Shown in pieces: positions 28,661-37,027 of a DNA stretch of 64,000 nt. The translations under genes and the position numbers were made by a program. Position 1 is the first letter of the stretch. The number at the start of each line of letters is the position of its first letter. The notes below the pieces were generated by a model. It was given only the letters and a program-made list of their open reading frames with translations. It was not told the DNA's origin and made no database searches. The stretch comes from an uncultured Gammaproteobacteria bacterium (lineage in GTDB: Bacteria > Patescibacteriota > Microgenomatia > Levybacterales > UBA12049), in assembly GCA_965230895.1 (NCBI GenBank), contig OZ246394.1, forward strand, positions 633,316 to 697,315. The letters run 5' to 3'.

Positions 28661-29305
28661 TTATAAACTTTGGATCAACTCAATATTTACATCCTTCAAT
28701 GAAGAAACAAGTTTTGTTGCAGGATAATCCTTACTCGTATCCTCCACTAATCCGATAGAATGCATATGTGCTGCTGCTGCACCAATCATGCCACTCCTGC
28801 CGTCTTCAATAACGATAGCTTCTTCTGGCATCACTCCTAATTTTTTAGCAGCGAAAAGAAAAATGTCCGGCGCAGGCTTACCATGTTCTACATCATATGT
28901 TGAAACAATAGCATCAAAGTATTTTCTAATTGCGAGTTCATCCACAACTTCATCAATAAAAGCTTTCGTTGATGCGGATGCTATTGCGAGTCTGAATCCG
29001 TTTGCATGTAACTCATGAATCAATGCAATAGCGTGTGGAATGGCTGTGAGTTTACCTTTTGAAACTTGACGCATAAATTCCCATTTCTTTTTAAGAAGCG
29101 CTGGAATTGAACCAACCGCTACTCCATGCTTGTCAAAAATCTCTGCAAACATTTTTTCATCTGTAACCCCGGCATAAGTATTAGAAATTTCTCTTGGAGC
29201 CATTTCAATTCCATACTCTTTCAGAAGCATACTCTCTATCTCACCATGGAACCCCTGAGTATCAGATACAACCCCATCCATATCAAAAATCACAGCTTTT
29301 ATCAT
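28661..29305 (-). CDS. HAD-superfamily hydrolase (beta-phosphoglucomutase-like subfamily IA).
   Basis: MIKAVIFDMDGVVSDT is motif I DxDG. A later ...SASTKAF and a C-terminal EDGRSGMIGA ED motif follow. Confidence 0.75.
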   Translation of the reverse strand: MIKAVIFDMDGVVSDTQGFHGEIESMLLKEYGIEMAPREISNTYAGVTDEKMFAEIFDKHGVAVGSIPALLKKKWEFMRQVSKGKLTAIPHAIALIHELHANGFRLAIASASTKAFIDEVVDELAIRKYFDAIVSTYDVEHGKPAPDIFLFAAKKLGVMPEEAIVIEDGRSGMIGAAAAHMHSIGLVEDTSKDYPATKLVSSLKDVNIELIQSL

Positions 29306-29329
29306 GAGCTGATTATAACAAAGAGAACT

Positions 29330-29857
29330 CTAAAGGGATGCGACAGAAGTACTTTGGTTTATATTTATAGATTGAGATATAAGTTGTGATATATGATTCT
29401 GTTGATATGTTTGTGCAACTGCAACATGAAGCATTGGGATCTCTGCATCTTTGAATACATTATCCACTAAAATGTCTCTGAGAGATCTGCTGTTCTCGTT
29501 ATGACTTCCCCCATCCAGTTCAACAATAAGCAGTGGCGCAAATGTTGCTTTATTGCAGATGACAAAGTCCACATGTTTTTGGGAGATTTGATTGAACTTC
29601 GGCCAAAATTCTTTATCCGTCCTATCAATCGCCATCTCAACCAAATCAGCAATCCTGACCTTAGGACATACATACATGTCTGGTGTCACAGAATGCTCAA
29701 GAACATCAAAGAATCTCTTCTCCCCATCACTTAGTAAGTACGGCCCTTTCTTCTTATATACCCTCCTCCATTTCTTTTGGGAACGGAAGTAAATGAATGC
29801 GCTAAGCACAAGTAGTATTAATATAGAGCCTGCGATATACAGAATATTATTCTCCAT
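29330..29857 (-). CDS. DUF2726-like membrane-anchored protein (paralog of 16312-16833).
   Basis: It has the same architecture and is about 70% identical (KKWRRVYK.KG..LL.DGEKRFFDVL...HVDFVIC...LLIVELDGGSHNE). Confidence 0.6.
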   Translation of the reverse strand: MENNILYIAGSILILLVLSAFIYFRSQKKWRRVYKKKGPYLLSDGEKRFFDVLEHSVTPDMYVCPKVRIADLVEMAIDRTDKEFWPKFNQISQKHVDFVICNKATFAPLLIVELDGGSHNENSRSLRDILVDNVFKDAEIPMLHVAVAQTYQQNHISQLISQSININQSTSVASL

Positions 29858-29926
29858 GAAGTAATTGTATACCAGTGAAATGCGAATGAATACTTTAAAA
29901 TTTATTCTGGGAATGAAAGAGGCACT

Positions 29927-30055
29927 TTATTTAACTGCTGCATCAATCGCTTTATTAACTATAATAGTTAAAGTTCTAATGACTTCCTCAACTTCAGAAT
30001 CAGATAACCGTTCTCCACGTTTGCCTAGTTTTTTTCTTGCTTGTTCTACAGTCAT
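29927..30055 (-). CDS. Small ORF (43 aa, MTVEQARKKLGKRGERLSDSEVEEVIRTLTIIVNKAIDAAVK) that is not in the supplied ORF track.
   Basis: It is an uninterrupted reading frame. The recurrent 11-mer at 30099-30109 lies about 45 nt upstream in the same orientation. There is no homology support. Confidence 0.25.
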   Translation of the reverse strand: MTVEQARKKLGKRGERLSDSEVEEVIRTLTIIVNKAIDAAVK

Positions 30056-30098
30056 TTTAAGAAGCTTTCATTAGTAACATCAGTACATTCTATCAAGA

Positions 30099-30109
30099 AT
30101 CCGTAGAAA
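30099..30109 (-). repeat. Copy 2 (reverse orientation) of the recurrent 11-mer TTTCTACGGAT.
   Basis: It is an exact match to the copies at 22448 and 34925. Confidence 0.5.
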
Positions 30110-30127
30110 TCATGAGTGATATTATGA

Positions 30128-31387
30128 TTACACCCAGCGTGATCTGTCATAGAAGTGTTCAATTATATGTTTACGTAGTGATTCTGAATTGAAGTTTTTG
30201 AACCCCAAGTCCCAACAAATTGTAGAAGAAAGAGCTACAAAAAAATTTAATAACTCATCCTTATCTAGCAAGACTCGAGTATCCGTATTAATTTCCCAAT
30301 AGTATCGAGATAGCAGTATATCTACACTACCATGATAGCCGCCATCTTCCCCAGGAAATAGTGTTACACCTTGAGCTCCACTTAATTCGACTTTACCTTT
30401 TACTACACCTTGATATTCATACCGCTTGTAAAAGTTGTGTGCTGCCTGAAATATTACGAAAATCTTGCCAAGAACATAATGCATATTCATCTGCTCTCTA
30501 TTGTCATTACCTATGTTCTTTAATGTTGATATATAAAAAAGTAACCCTTGAGCATAAATTTGTTCGTTAGTAAAAGTATTTCCATTGCGATCATAATTAA
30601 ATGTTGTTATTCCTTCGGGAATTGCTTTGTGTTCTGTATGTGGAAAGTCTGTATAAGTATGACCTGTACTTCGATATTCAATTATTTCTTCTGACAAATT
30701 ACTAGGGAGTACCAATTGATTATGGGGATAATGAGGTATTATCGAAACTGACAGTAATCTTTTTGGTGTTGAGAAGTGTTCACGATACACATATTCATTA
30801 CCCGCGCGAGTTGTTGCAATACTTATTTGTTTATTTGCAAGATATAAACAAGCATCTAATACATCTTTTGCTCTTGCATAATAATATTCTCTTTTTTCAT
30901 TGGATTGTTCAGTTTTCTTATAAAGTAGATTTGCATAATCTGGTGAAGCAATATCTATAAGTTCTTTACTTATATTATTTGTCCTTATCCAAACTGTTCC
31001 ATTATTGTGTATATAATATGGCGTTTCGTCTCCCTCAAATATACGTATTAGAATGAATCTTTTTCCGTCTTTCTCATTTGTTGGATGTATCTTGTATTTA
31101 GGAAGAGAATCAACACTATTAGCCCATTGTGTTATTCTTTCAATATCTTGAGCATTTGTATTTATTCCTTTGTATTCAATTGGCAATCCTGTTTTTTTAT
31201 CTTCTTTAACCCCTATTATTATGACTCCCCCACGAGTATTGGAAAAAGCTGCAAAATGTTTCGACAAGCTTCCGGTAGTTAAATCTTCTTTATAATCAAG
31301 TTGGACACCTTCAGGTTCATTTGTTTTACAAAAAGCCACTACATCTTCAAATGTAAATGAGGTTATTGGTTGAGTGAGTAATTTCAT
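30128..31387 (-). CDS. AlbA_2 (Schlafen-like, divergent-AAA) domain protein with a 300-aa uncharacterized C-terminal region.
   Basis: The N-terminus FEDVVAFCKTNEPEGVQLDYKEDL...LSKHFAAFSNTRGGVIIIGVKED fits the AlbA_2 consensus (E..lefK...l.k.i.AFaNt.GG.l.iGV.d). Confidence 0.5.
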   Translation of the reverse strand: MKLLTQPITSFTFEDVVAFCKTNEPEGVQLDYKEDLTTGSLSKHFAAFSNTRGGVIIIGVKEDKKTGLPIEYKGINTNAQDIERITQWANSVDSLPKYKIHPTNEKDGKRFILIRIFEGDETPYYIHNNGTVWIRTNNISKELIDIASPDYANLLYKKTEQSNEKREYYYARAKDVLDACLYLANKQISIATTRAGNEYVYREHFSTPKRLLSVSIIPHYPHNQLVLPSNLSEEIIEYRSTGHTYTDFPHTEHKAIPEGITTFNYDRNGNTFTNEQIYAQGLLFYISTLKNIGNDNREQMNMHYVLGKIFVIFQAAHNFYKRYEYQGVVKGKVELSGAQGVTLFPGEDGGYHGSVDILLSRYYWEINTDTRVLLDKDELLNFFVALSSTICWDLGFKNFNSESLRKHIIEHFYDRSRWV

Positions 31388-31442
31388 TCCAAATGCATTA
31401 TATAGAATTTAGTTGCTACTGCTGTAAGAAAGTAGAAAATTG

Positions 31443-32213
31443 TTATAAATCTTCGGGCGTAATATCTCTTATCTCTATTTGCATTCCGTATGGCTTAATT
31501 AGATCATTTATAAGTTTCGTAGTCGCTTTTGCATCTTTCACAAACAAATCCATATCAATTTGTGCTTCTTTGATCCCAACCATTAACTTTTCATCAATCA
31601 TTTTTTTCATAAATGCTACTGTTGCGTTAGGTGGTGGTGTTTCGAGCATATGGTAAAACTTAGCAACTGTACTTAATCTTTCTAGCATTGAATCCTGTTT
31701 TTGATATGTGGTTCTGATACTCGTTACTAATTGCTGGTTATTATCTGGGAGGTTAGCAATCATTCCTGATGTAACAATATTTTGATGCCACTTATCTGAG
31801 ATACGAGCCTTCATCTCTTCAGCGACTGCTGCCCACATTCCACCATCTGCATACTTCTTACTCCATTCATCAGGAGGAATAGGCATTTCTTCGAGAGTTT
31901 TTTTATTTACCTCGAGAATCATCTGGATCTTAATTACATTATCTAGTATTTCGTTTCCAACATATTGAGCAACTGCCAGCGCGGATCTTTTATCCTGACT
32001 CAGTTGCCTCTTTCTATCTGCTTCTCTTGACGCAAATAATGGAAGCGTTATTGTAATAAGACCAATTAATAGACCAGCAAGCGATTCAAAGACAAAAGTT
32101 GCAGTGAACTGAATATCTAAAGACGATCCATAAAATCTCACGACGAATAGCAGAGTAAAATATGCTGTTATTAACAACATCGGCAGGTGTTTATATTCAA
32201 ACAATCTCAACAT
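31443..32213 (-). CDS. Hypothetical membrane protein (two N-terminal TM helices plus a cytoplasmic domain).
   Basis: The protein is 256 aa and has no recognizable motifs. Confidence 0.35.
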   Translation of the reverse strand: MLRLFEYKHLPMLLITAYFTLLFVVRFYGSSLDIQFTATFVFESLAGLLIGLITITLPLFASREADRKRQLSQDKRSALAVAQYVGNEILDNVIKIQMILEVNKKTLEEMPIPPDEWSKKYADGGMWAAVAEEMKARISDKWHQNIVTSGMIANLPDNNQQLVTSIRTTYQKQDSMLERLSTVAKFYHMLETPPPNATVAFMKKMIDEKLMVGIKEAQIDMDLFVKDAKATTKLINDLIKPYGMQIEIRDITPEDL

Positions 32214-32320
32214 TAGAGGAGATTTTAGCAGAAGCTCTAACCTATTGCTACATGCGATTTAATAACTTGTATTCTTTGGTCTGGACAGAATTAATTCTGT
32301 CCAGTGTCGAAAAAGACAAA

Positions 32321-32956
32321 TTACTCATTTCCTAAATCAACAACAACTCTCTGATTACTCCAAAAACTTGGTTGAAAGATCAAAGTTGCTTTATCTCCAG
32401 TTGCGACTTCAAAAGGTATTGATCCCGTTACCTTTCCTCCACCTGCTAAAGTTCCAGATTTTAGTTGGTCTTCAATTGAAGTTATTGTGTAACTTTCTTG
32501 AGCACCGTTTGCATCCTGAACTTTAAAATCAAATGGATTATAAGTTATCTCGTCACTACCAAGATTTTTGATAGTTACATTGACGATGACATATTCCTTC
32601 CCCGCCGTGGGAGTGTTATATCCAAAAGCACCAGATCTTCGGACTGAATTAACAATAAATTCTCTTTCGCCTAGTTTAGTTACATCACCAACTTTTGGCG
32701 TTGCATCCTTCTGATCCTCATCTTGAATACCAGAGTTTGCCTGTGTGGTGCTATTTGTTGCACCTGATGTTGAATTATTACTCGTATTGCCACCAAAGGC
32801 TGAAATAACACTTCCAAGCAAAATAAGCCCCAATGTAACACTTAAGATTGGATGTCTCTTAATCCACCCTCTCTGATCTGCGCGACAATGTCGGCACTTC
32901 GATGCCTTTGCATCAATTTCTGTTTGACATGATTTACACTTTTTTATACAAATCAC
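32321..32956 (-). CDS. Zinc-ribbon / TM / DUF4352-like extracytoplasmic domain protein.
   Basis: It has an N-terminal CKSCQTEIDAKASKCRHC zinc ribbon, one TM helix, a Ser/Thr-rich linker, and a beta-rich C-terminal domain (NPFDFKVQD...GG.V.GSIPFEV). Confidence 0.45.
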   Translation of the reverse strand: MICIKKCKSCQTEIDAKASKCRHCRADQRGWIKRHPILSVTLGLILLGSVISAFGGNTSNNSTSGATNSTTQANSGIQDEDQKDATPKVGDVTKLGEREFIVNSVRRSGAFGYNTPTAGKEYVIVNVTIKNLGSDEITYNPFDFKVQDANGAQESYTITSIEDQLKSGTLAGGGKVTGSIPFEVATGDKATLIFQPSFWSNQRVVVDLGNE

Positions 32957-33046
32957 CCCCTCTGGCCATAAACCCTAACAAATAGTTAGAGAATATCTAC
33001 GCCTAATTGTACCACAAACTCAAACAAATAGTTTGTATCGCAGATC

Positions 33047-33286
33047 GTGCTTCATTTCGATAATAGAGACATGAGAAGGTACTCACGTATTCCAAAAAGT
33101 CTTGGAAAAAGAATGCAGAAGTTTAGAAAGGATAAAAACATATCTCAAGTCAAAATGGCAGAGTTGATTGGTGTTAGTCCGACATATGTTGGATTTATTG
33201 AACAAGGCGTAAGAAATCCGTCATTAGCAACTTTAGACAAAATTGCGAGAGTACTAGGAGTAAAAATGTCAGAAATACTTGATTAA
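33047..33286 (+). CDS. XRE-family HTH transcriptional regulator.
   Basis: LRKDKNISQVKMAELIGVSPTYVGFIEQGVRNPSLATLDKIARVLGV. Confidence 0.75.
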   Translation: MLHFDNRDMRRYSRIPKSLGKRMQKFRKDKNISQVKMAELIGVSPTYVGFIEQGVRNPSLATLDKIARVLGVKMSEILD

Positions 33287-33404
33287 TTGCTCCACTTGCT
33301 ACTGCTTTTCAAAGTTATAATATAAACGAACGTATTTTTTATAGCTTTAATTAATCAAAAGTCATTGTATAAATTATAATAAATGTTATAATTTAAGTGC
33401 AATA

Positions 33405-34043
33405 ATGACGTTATCATCTAACTCTGCACTATCTGCCCCTAAAACAACCGCATATCTCCGAGTATCTACCATCGATCAGGATCTGGAGAAAAACAAAGCA
33501 GACATTCTAAAGCTTGCAAACACGCTTGAGTTAGGACATGTGCAGTTTATCGAAGAGAAAGTGTCCGGGAAAGTATCTTGGAAAAAACGAAAAGTAAAAG
33601 ACGTAATTGATAATGCTAAAAAAGATGACAATATTATTGTTTCTGAACTGTCGAGATTAGGGAGAAGCATGCTTGAGTGCATGGAAATACTTTCGATTGC
33701 TGCAGAAAAAGGAATTAATGTTTATGCCGTAAAGGGGAACTGGCGTTTAGATAGCAGTATCCAAAGTAAAATCATTGCAATGGCATTTGCCATGGCCGCC
33801 GAAATAGAGCGTGATTTAATCTCAAAACGTACTATGGAAGCTTTACGAGCAAAAAAGCTGTCTGGCGCGAAACTGGGGCGTCCTAAAGGCATTGGGAAAA
33901 GCAAGTTGGATCAGTTTAAACCTGAAATTGAAGGATTACTAGCAAATGGTTCCTCCCAAAAATTTATCGCAAGAAGATATGGAACAACGGAAGCAAATTT
34001 ATCATTATGGATCAAGAAGCATAAAATCACAAAACAAGATTAG
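33405..34043 (+). CDS. Serine recombinase (resolvase/invertase family).
   Basis: The N-terminal catalytic domain has TAYLRVSTIDQD with the nucleophile Ser. The C-terminal HTH is GSSQKFIARRYGTTEANLSLWIKKH. The protein is 212 aa. Confidence 0.75.
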   Translation: MTLSSNSALSAPKTTAYLRVSTIDQDLEKNKADILKLANTLELGHVQFIEEKVSGKVSWKKRKVKDVIDNAKKDDNIIVSELSRLGRSMLECMEILSIAAEKGINVYAVKGNWRLDSSIQSKIIAMAFAMAAEIERDLISKRTMEALRAKKLSGAKLGRPKGIGKSKLDQFKPEIEGLLANGSSQKFIARRYGTTEANLSLWIKKHKITKQD

Positions 34044-34079
34044 CCTTCTTCTATCTCTATTATATGATATATTCGAGAT

Positions 34080-34262
34080 ATGAGAGGGAGACCAATTGGT
34101 TCACAAAAACGTTTTAATATCACCTACCAGTCAATGGCGGATGCAACAGGCCTAAGTATCAATTCCTTCATCAAATACGCTAGTTTAAAAAAGTTTGATC
34201 CAAATGATTTGATAAGCATTGTAAAATTTGTTTCAGAATACCGTAAAAGAAAGAATACGTGA
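34080..34262 (+). CDS. Small hypothetical protein (60 aa).
   Basis: It is only an ORF, downstream of the recombinase. Confidence 0.25.
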   Translation: MRGRPIGSQKRFNITYQSMADATGLSINSFIKYASLKKFDPNDLISIVKFVSEYRKRKNT

Positions 34263-34263
34263 G

Positions 34264-34857
34264 TTATTGCAACAATTGTGAGGAAATAAGTATCTTTTGT
34301 CTTTCAGCCTCTAAGTATTCTTCAGGAACAAATAAAGGAATGCCGATTCTACGACCTTTATTGTCAAACGATTTTTTGCGAGGATAGCCTAGTTTTTTAT
34401 CATGTGCTCTATGGCATTCATAACATCTTCCTATGTAGTCCTCCAAAGCATATAAATACATTCCACTTTGATTAGACCAACCTAATCTATTTCCATCAGT
34501 ACTTCCACAGTCTACGCAGCGTTTTGCTTTGCCTTTGTGATAGTTTACATAATGGTGCAATGCATTATATGAAGCCATAATGCCTTTGTAGTTGTGATTA
34601 TTTTCACCCGAGTTCTTAATATAGACATCCATACTCCATGCAGTGTCCTTACCTCTCTTTTGATAAAGTTTGCTACAATCTGGATGAAAGTTGCCATATT
34701 TTTTGATTTTGCTAGGACGAACGTATAGTTCTTGTTGGCACTCTCCACAGAGAATATATTTCCCAGTCTTTTTCCTACCCCCTTTGGAGGCACCTTTAAT
34801 CCCTTTATTCCATGGAACTCGGCCAACATTGATTTTGTGCCCTTTTTCAAATCTCAT
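34264..34857 (-). CDS. Cys/His-rich zinc-finger protein, possibly an HNH-type homing endonuclease.
   Basis: It has multiple CxxC and H..H clusters (CGECQQE...HPDC; HHYVNYHKGKAKRCVDCGS...CYECHRAHD). The protein is 197 aa. Confidence 0.4.
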   Translation of the reverse strand: MRFEKGHKINVGRVPWNKGIKGASKGGRKKTGKYILCGECQQELYVRPSKIKKYGNFHPDCSKLYQKRGKDTAWSMDVYIKNSGENNHNYKGIMASYNALHHYVNYHKGKAKRCVDCGSTDGNRLGWSNQSGMYLYALEDYIGRCYECHRAHDKKLGYPRKKSFDNKGRRIGIPLFVPEEYLEAERQKILISSQLLQ

Positions 34858-34924
34858 GGTGTTATTGTAATAGGCGTTTGATTATCTGTCGATATGGTAT
34901 AGTAATCTCATAGTATATTAGGGT

Positions 34925-34935
34925 TTCTACGGATT
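34925..34935 (+). repeat. Copy 3 of the recurrent 11-mer TTTCTACGGAT.
   Basis: It is an exact match. It lies between the capsid-fragment stop and the HNH gene start. Confidence 0.5.
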
Positions 34936-35364
34936 TGTTGTGCTTACAGCCATACTCTGTCGATCACCAATGATATACATTGACCAGTCTCCGAAGTACA
35001 ATTCACTTTGTGGTAAATCATTTTGTTCGTAGAATGGATATCCGTAGAGTGTGTTAGGAAGTCGTACAGTTTCACCATTGTTGGCTTTACTTGAACCTCC
35101 ATCTCTCCAGATGTAATCTCCGTCGCCGTCTTTCATCTTTCGGAAAGCTCGCTTTGCATTACGGTGTCCCACGAAAGCCGCCTTTGGAGATCCAGTTACC
35201 CGTGAAGGTACTGCATCAATAAGGTCGATCAAGTCATCAAAATCAGCGTTCCCTCCGGCATTGATGCTATTAAGTGATTCAATAGCGATACCTCGTGGTT
35301 GTCCTGATCCTGATCCTGTGAAGAATGCTTTATCTTCAGCCAATCCGATTGCTTCCGCGAACAA
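34927..35364 (-). pseudogene. C-terminal fragment of an HK97-family phage major capsid protein.
   Basis: The 145 aa include AFFTGSGSGQPRGI and NTLYGYPFYEQNDLP, which resemble capsid-family motifs (aFlnGdG.gkP.Gil; tLlGrPV). It is too short for a complete MCP. Confidence 0.45.
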
Positions 35365-35410
35365 TTCTATAATGAACTGAACGAGGTTGATGTTAGTACA
35401 ATGGAAGAGT

Positions 35411-36142
35411 TTATCGGATCGAAGAAAGTTGATCTATGTATATTTCGACATCGGACTCTTCACGGATAAGCCTACGTAAAAAATTAACTACTTCAAGGTA
35501 ATTTTGCATATCCAAGTACATGTGCGTATCCAAATGAAGTGTCAGATAAACTACCCTTTTGATTGTGTTATTCTGCGGTAAATAATTCACAAGCTGATCT
35601 TTTGCAGAAGCAATCGTGTCTTCTATCTTATCTTTCAGACCTTGGGGCATACCTTGTGTAACGCTGCGGGTTTCCAAAGTTTGTCCAGTACCAAGCCGTC
35701 GAGTATTTTCTAGAATGTAGTTACGCTCGTCATCAGAGAAGCCAATGCTTTTCGACTCAAGCAAACAGCCGGGAGCAGGAGTTGTTGCTTCAATATCAGG
35801 TGTTCGTGCATTATTAACTTCTGGAATAAAGCGAACATTTGTATACCCCTCGCCAAGCAGGTAACCATATCCGCGAACTTCCGCCAGAGTATCATAAAAT
35901 TGCGCCCATCCACGAACAGGATGTTTAATTGTTCTTTGTAGAAGTCGTTCCTTTACATACTCCCATTTCGGGGCGTCCAATTTTTGCAGAGCCTCCTCAT
36001 AAGGTTCAAAATTTTGTGGTACCTGCTGCAATGCATTCGGGAGATGGCGCCGTATATCGTTTTGGGGTGTTTGTGCATCTGCCGTGGAACAAAATTCATT
36101 TAATCTTTGGAAATCCATAATGCCTATTGTACCACAATTCAT
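35411..36142 (-). CDS. Hypothetical protein.
   Basis: It is 243 aa with no motif recognized. It is divergent from the Mrr-like gene. Confidence 0.3.
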   Translation of the reverse strand: MNCGTIGIMDFQRLNEFCSTADAQTPQNDIRRHLPNALQQVPQNFEPYEEALQKLDAPKWEYVKERLLQRTIKHPVRGWAQFYDTLAEVRGYGYLLGEGYTNVRFIPEVNNARTPDIEATTPAPGCLLESKSIGFSDDERNYILENTRRLGTGQTLETRSVTQGMPQGLKDKIEDTIASAKDQLVNYLPQNNTIKRVVYLTLHLDTHMYLDMQNYLEVVNFLRRLIREESDVEIYIDQLSSIR

Positions 36143-36190
36143 GCCTGCTACAGATCAACATAGTCTAATCAAATCTGATAAAATATATTA

Positions 36191-37027
36191 ATGGCACTTC
36201 CTAAATTTGATGATCTTTATACGCCACTCATGCAGGCACTACAACAACTAGGTGGTTCAGGTTCGACAACAGAAATTGAAGAGAAAGTAGCAGAGGTACT
36301 GAACTTATCAGAGGAAGAAATAAATGAAATACACACTGGCAATAGGACAGAGCTTGATTATCGACTCGCATGGGCAAGAACGTATCTTAAATATTACGGA
36401 TTGATTGAAAATTCATCAAAAGGAATATGGTCACTTACCTCAAAAGGGAAAGATATTACAGCCATTGATAAAGACGTCATCAATAAATTTGTTCGACAAC
36501 GAAAGGATGGACTAAAGGCATTACAGCAAAAAAAAGATATAACAGCAGATACAGAAGAGAGCCTCGAATTATGGAAAGATGAATTATTAAACGAGATCAA
36601 ACAAAAAAGTCCAGAAGCATTTGAAAGGCTTTGCCAAAGGATACTTCGTGAGGCAGGTTTTATTCAAGTAACTGTTACTGGAAGATCAGGAGATGGCGGC
36701 ATTGATGGCACAGGTATTGTCAGGATCGGTGGTTTTCTTAGCTTTAGGGTTATCTTCCAATGCAAACGTTATCAAGGAAGTGTGTCTTCTCAACAGATAC
36801 GGGAGTTTAAAGGAACTATGGTCGGAAGAGCTGACAAAGGATTGTTCATGACAACAGGCACATTTACCAGAGATGCAAAATTGGAAGCATCCCGTGATGG
36901 TGCACCACCAGTTGATTTAGTTGATGGTGAGTTGCTAGCAGAAAAGATGAAAGAATTAAGATTGGGAGTAAACGTGACGACCAAAGAGGTAGTTTCAGTG
37001 AATAAAGAATGGTTAAAAAACTTCTAA
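36191..37027 (+). CDS. Mrr-like type IV (modification-dependent) restriction endonuclease.
   Basis: It has an N-terminal Mrr_N winged helix and a C-terminal Mrr_cat PD-(D/E)xK core (GRSGDGGIDGTGIV...IFQCKRY). Confidence 0.7.
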   Translation: MALPKFDDLYTPLMQALQQLGGSGSTTEIEEKVAEVLNLSEEEINEIHTGNRTELDYRLAWARTYLKYYGLIENSSKGIWSLTSKGKDITAIDKDVINKFVRQRKDGLKALQQKKDITADTEESLELWKDELLNEIKQKSPEAFERLCQRILREAGFIQVTVTGRSGDGGIDGTGIVRIGGFLSFRVIFQCKRYQGSVSSQQIREFKGTMVGRADKGLFMTTGTFTRDAKLEASRDGAPPVDLVDGELLAEKMKELRLGVNVTTKEVVSVNKEWLKNF

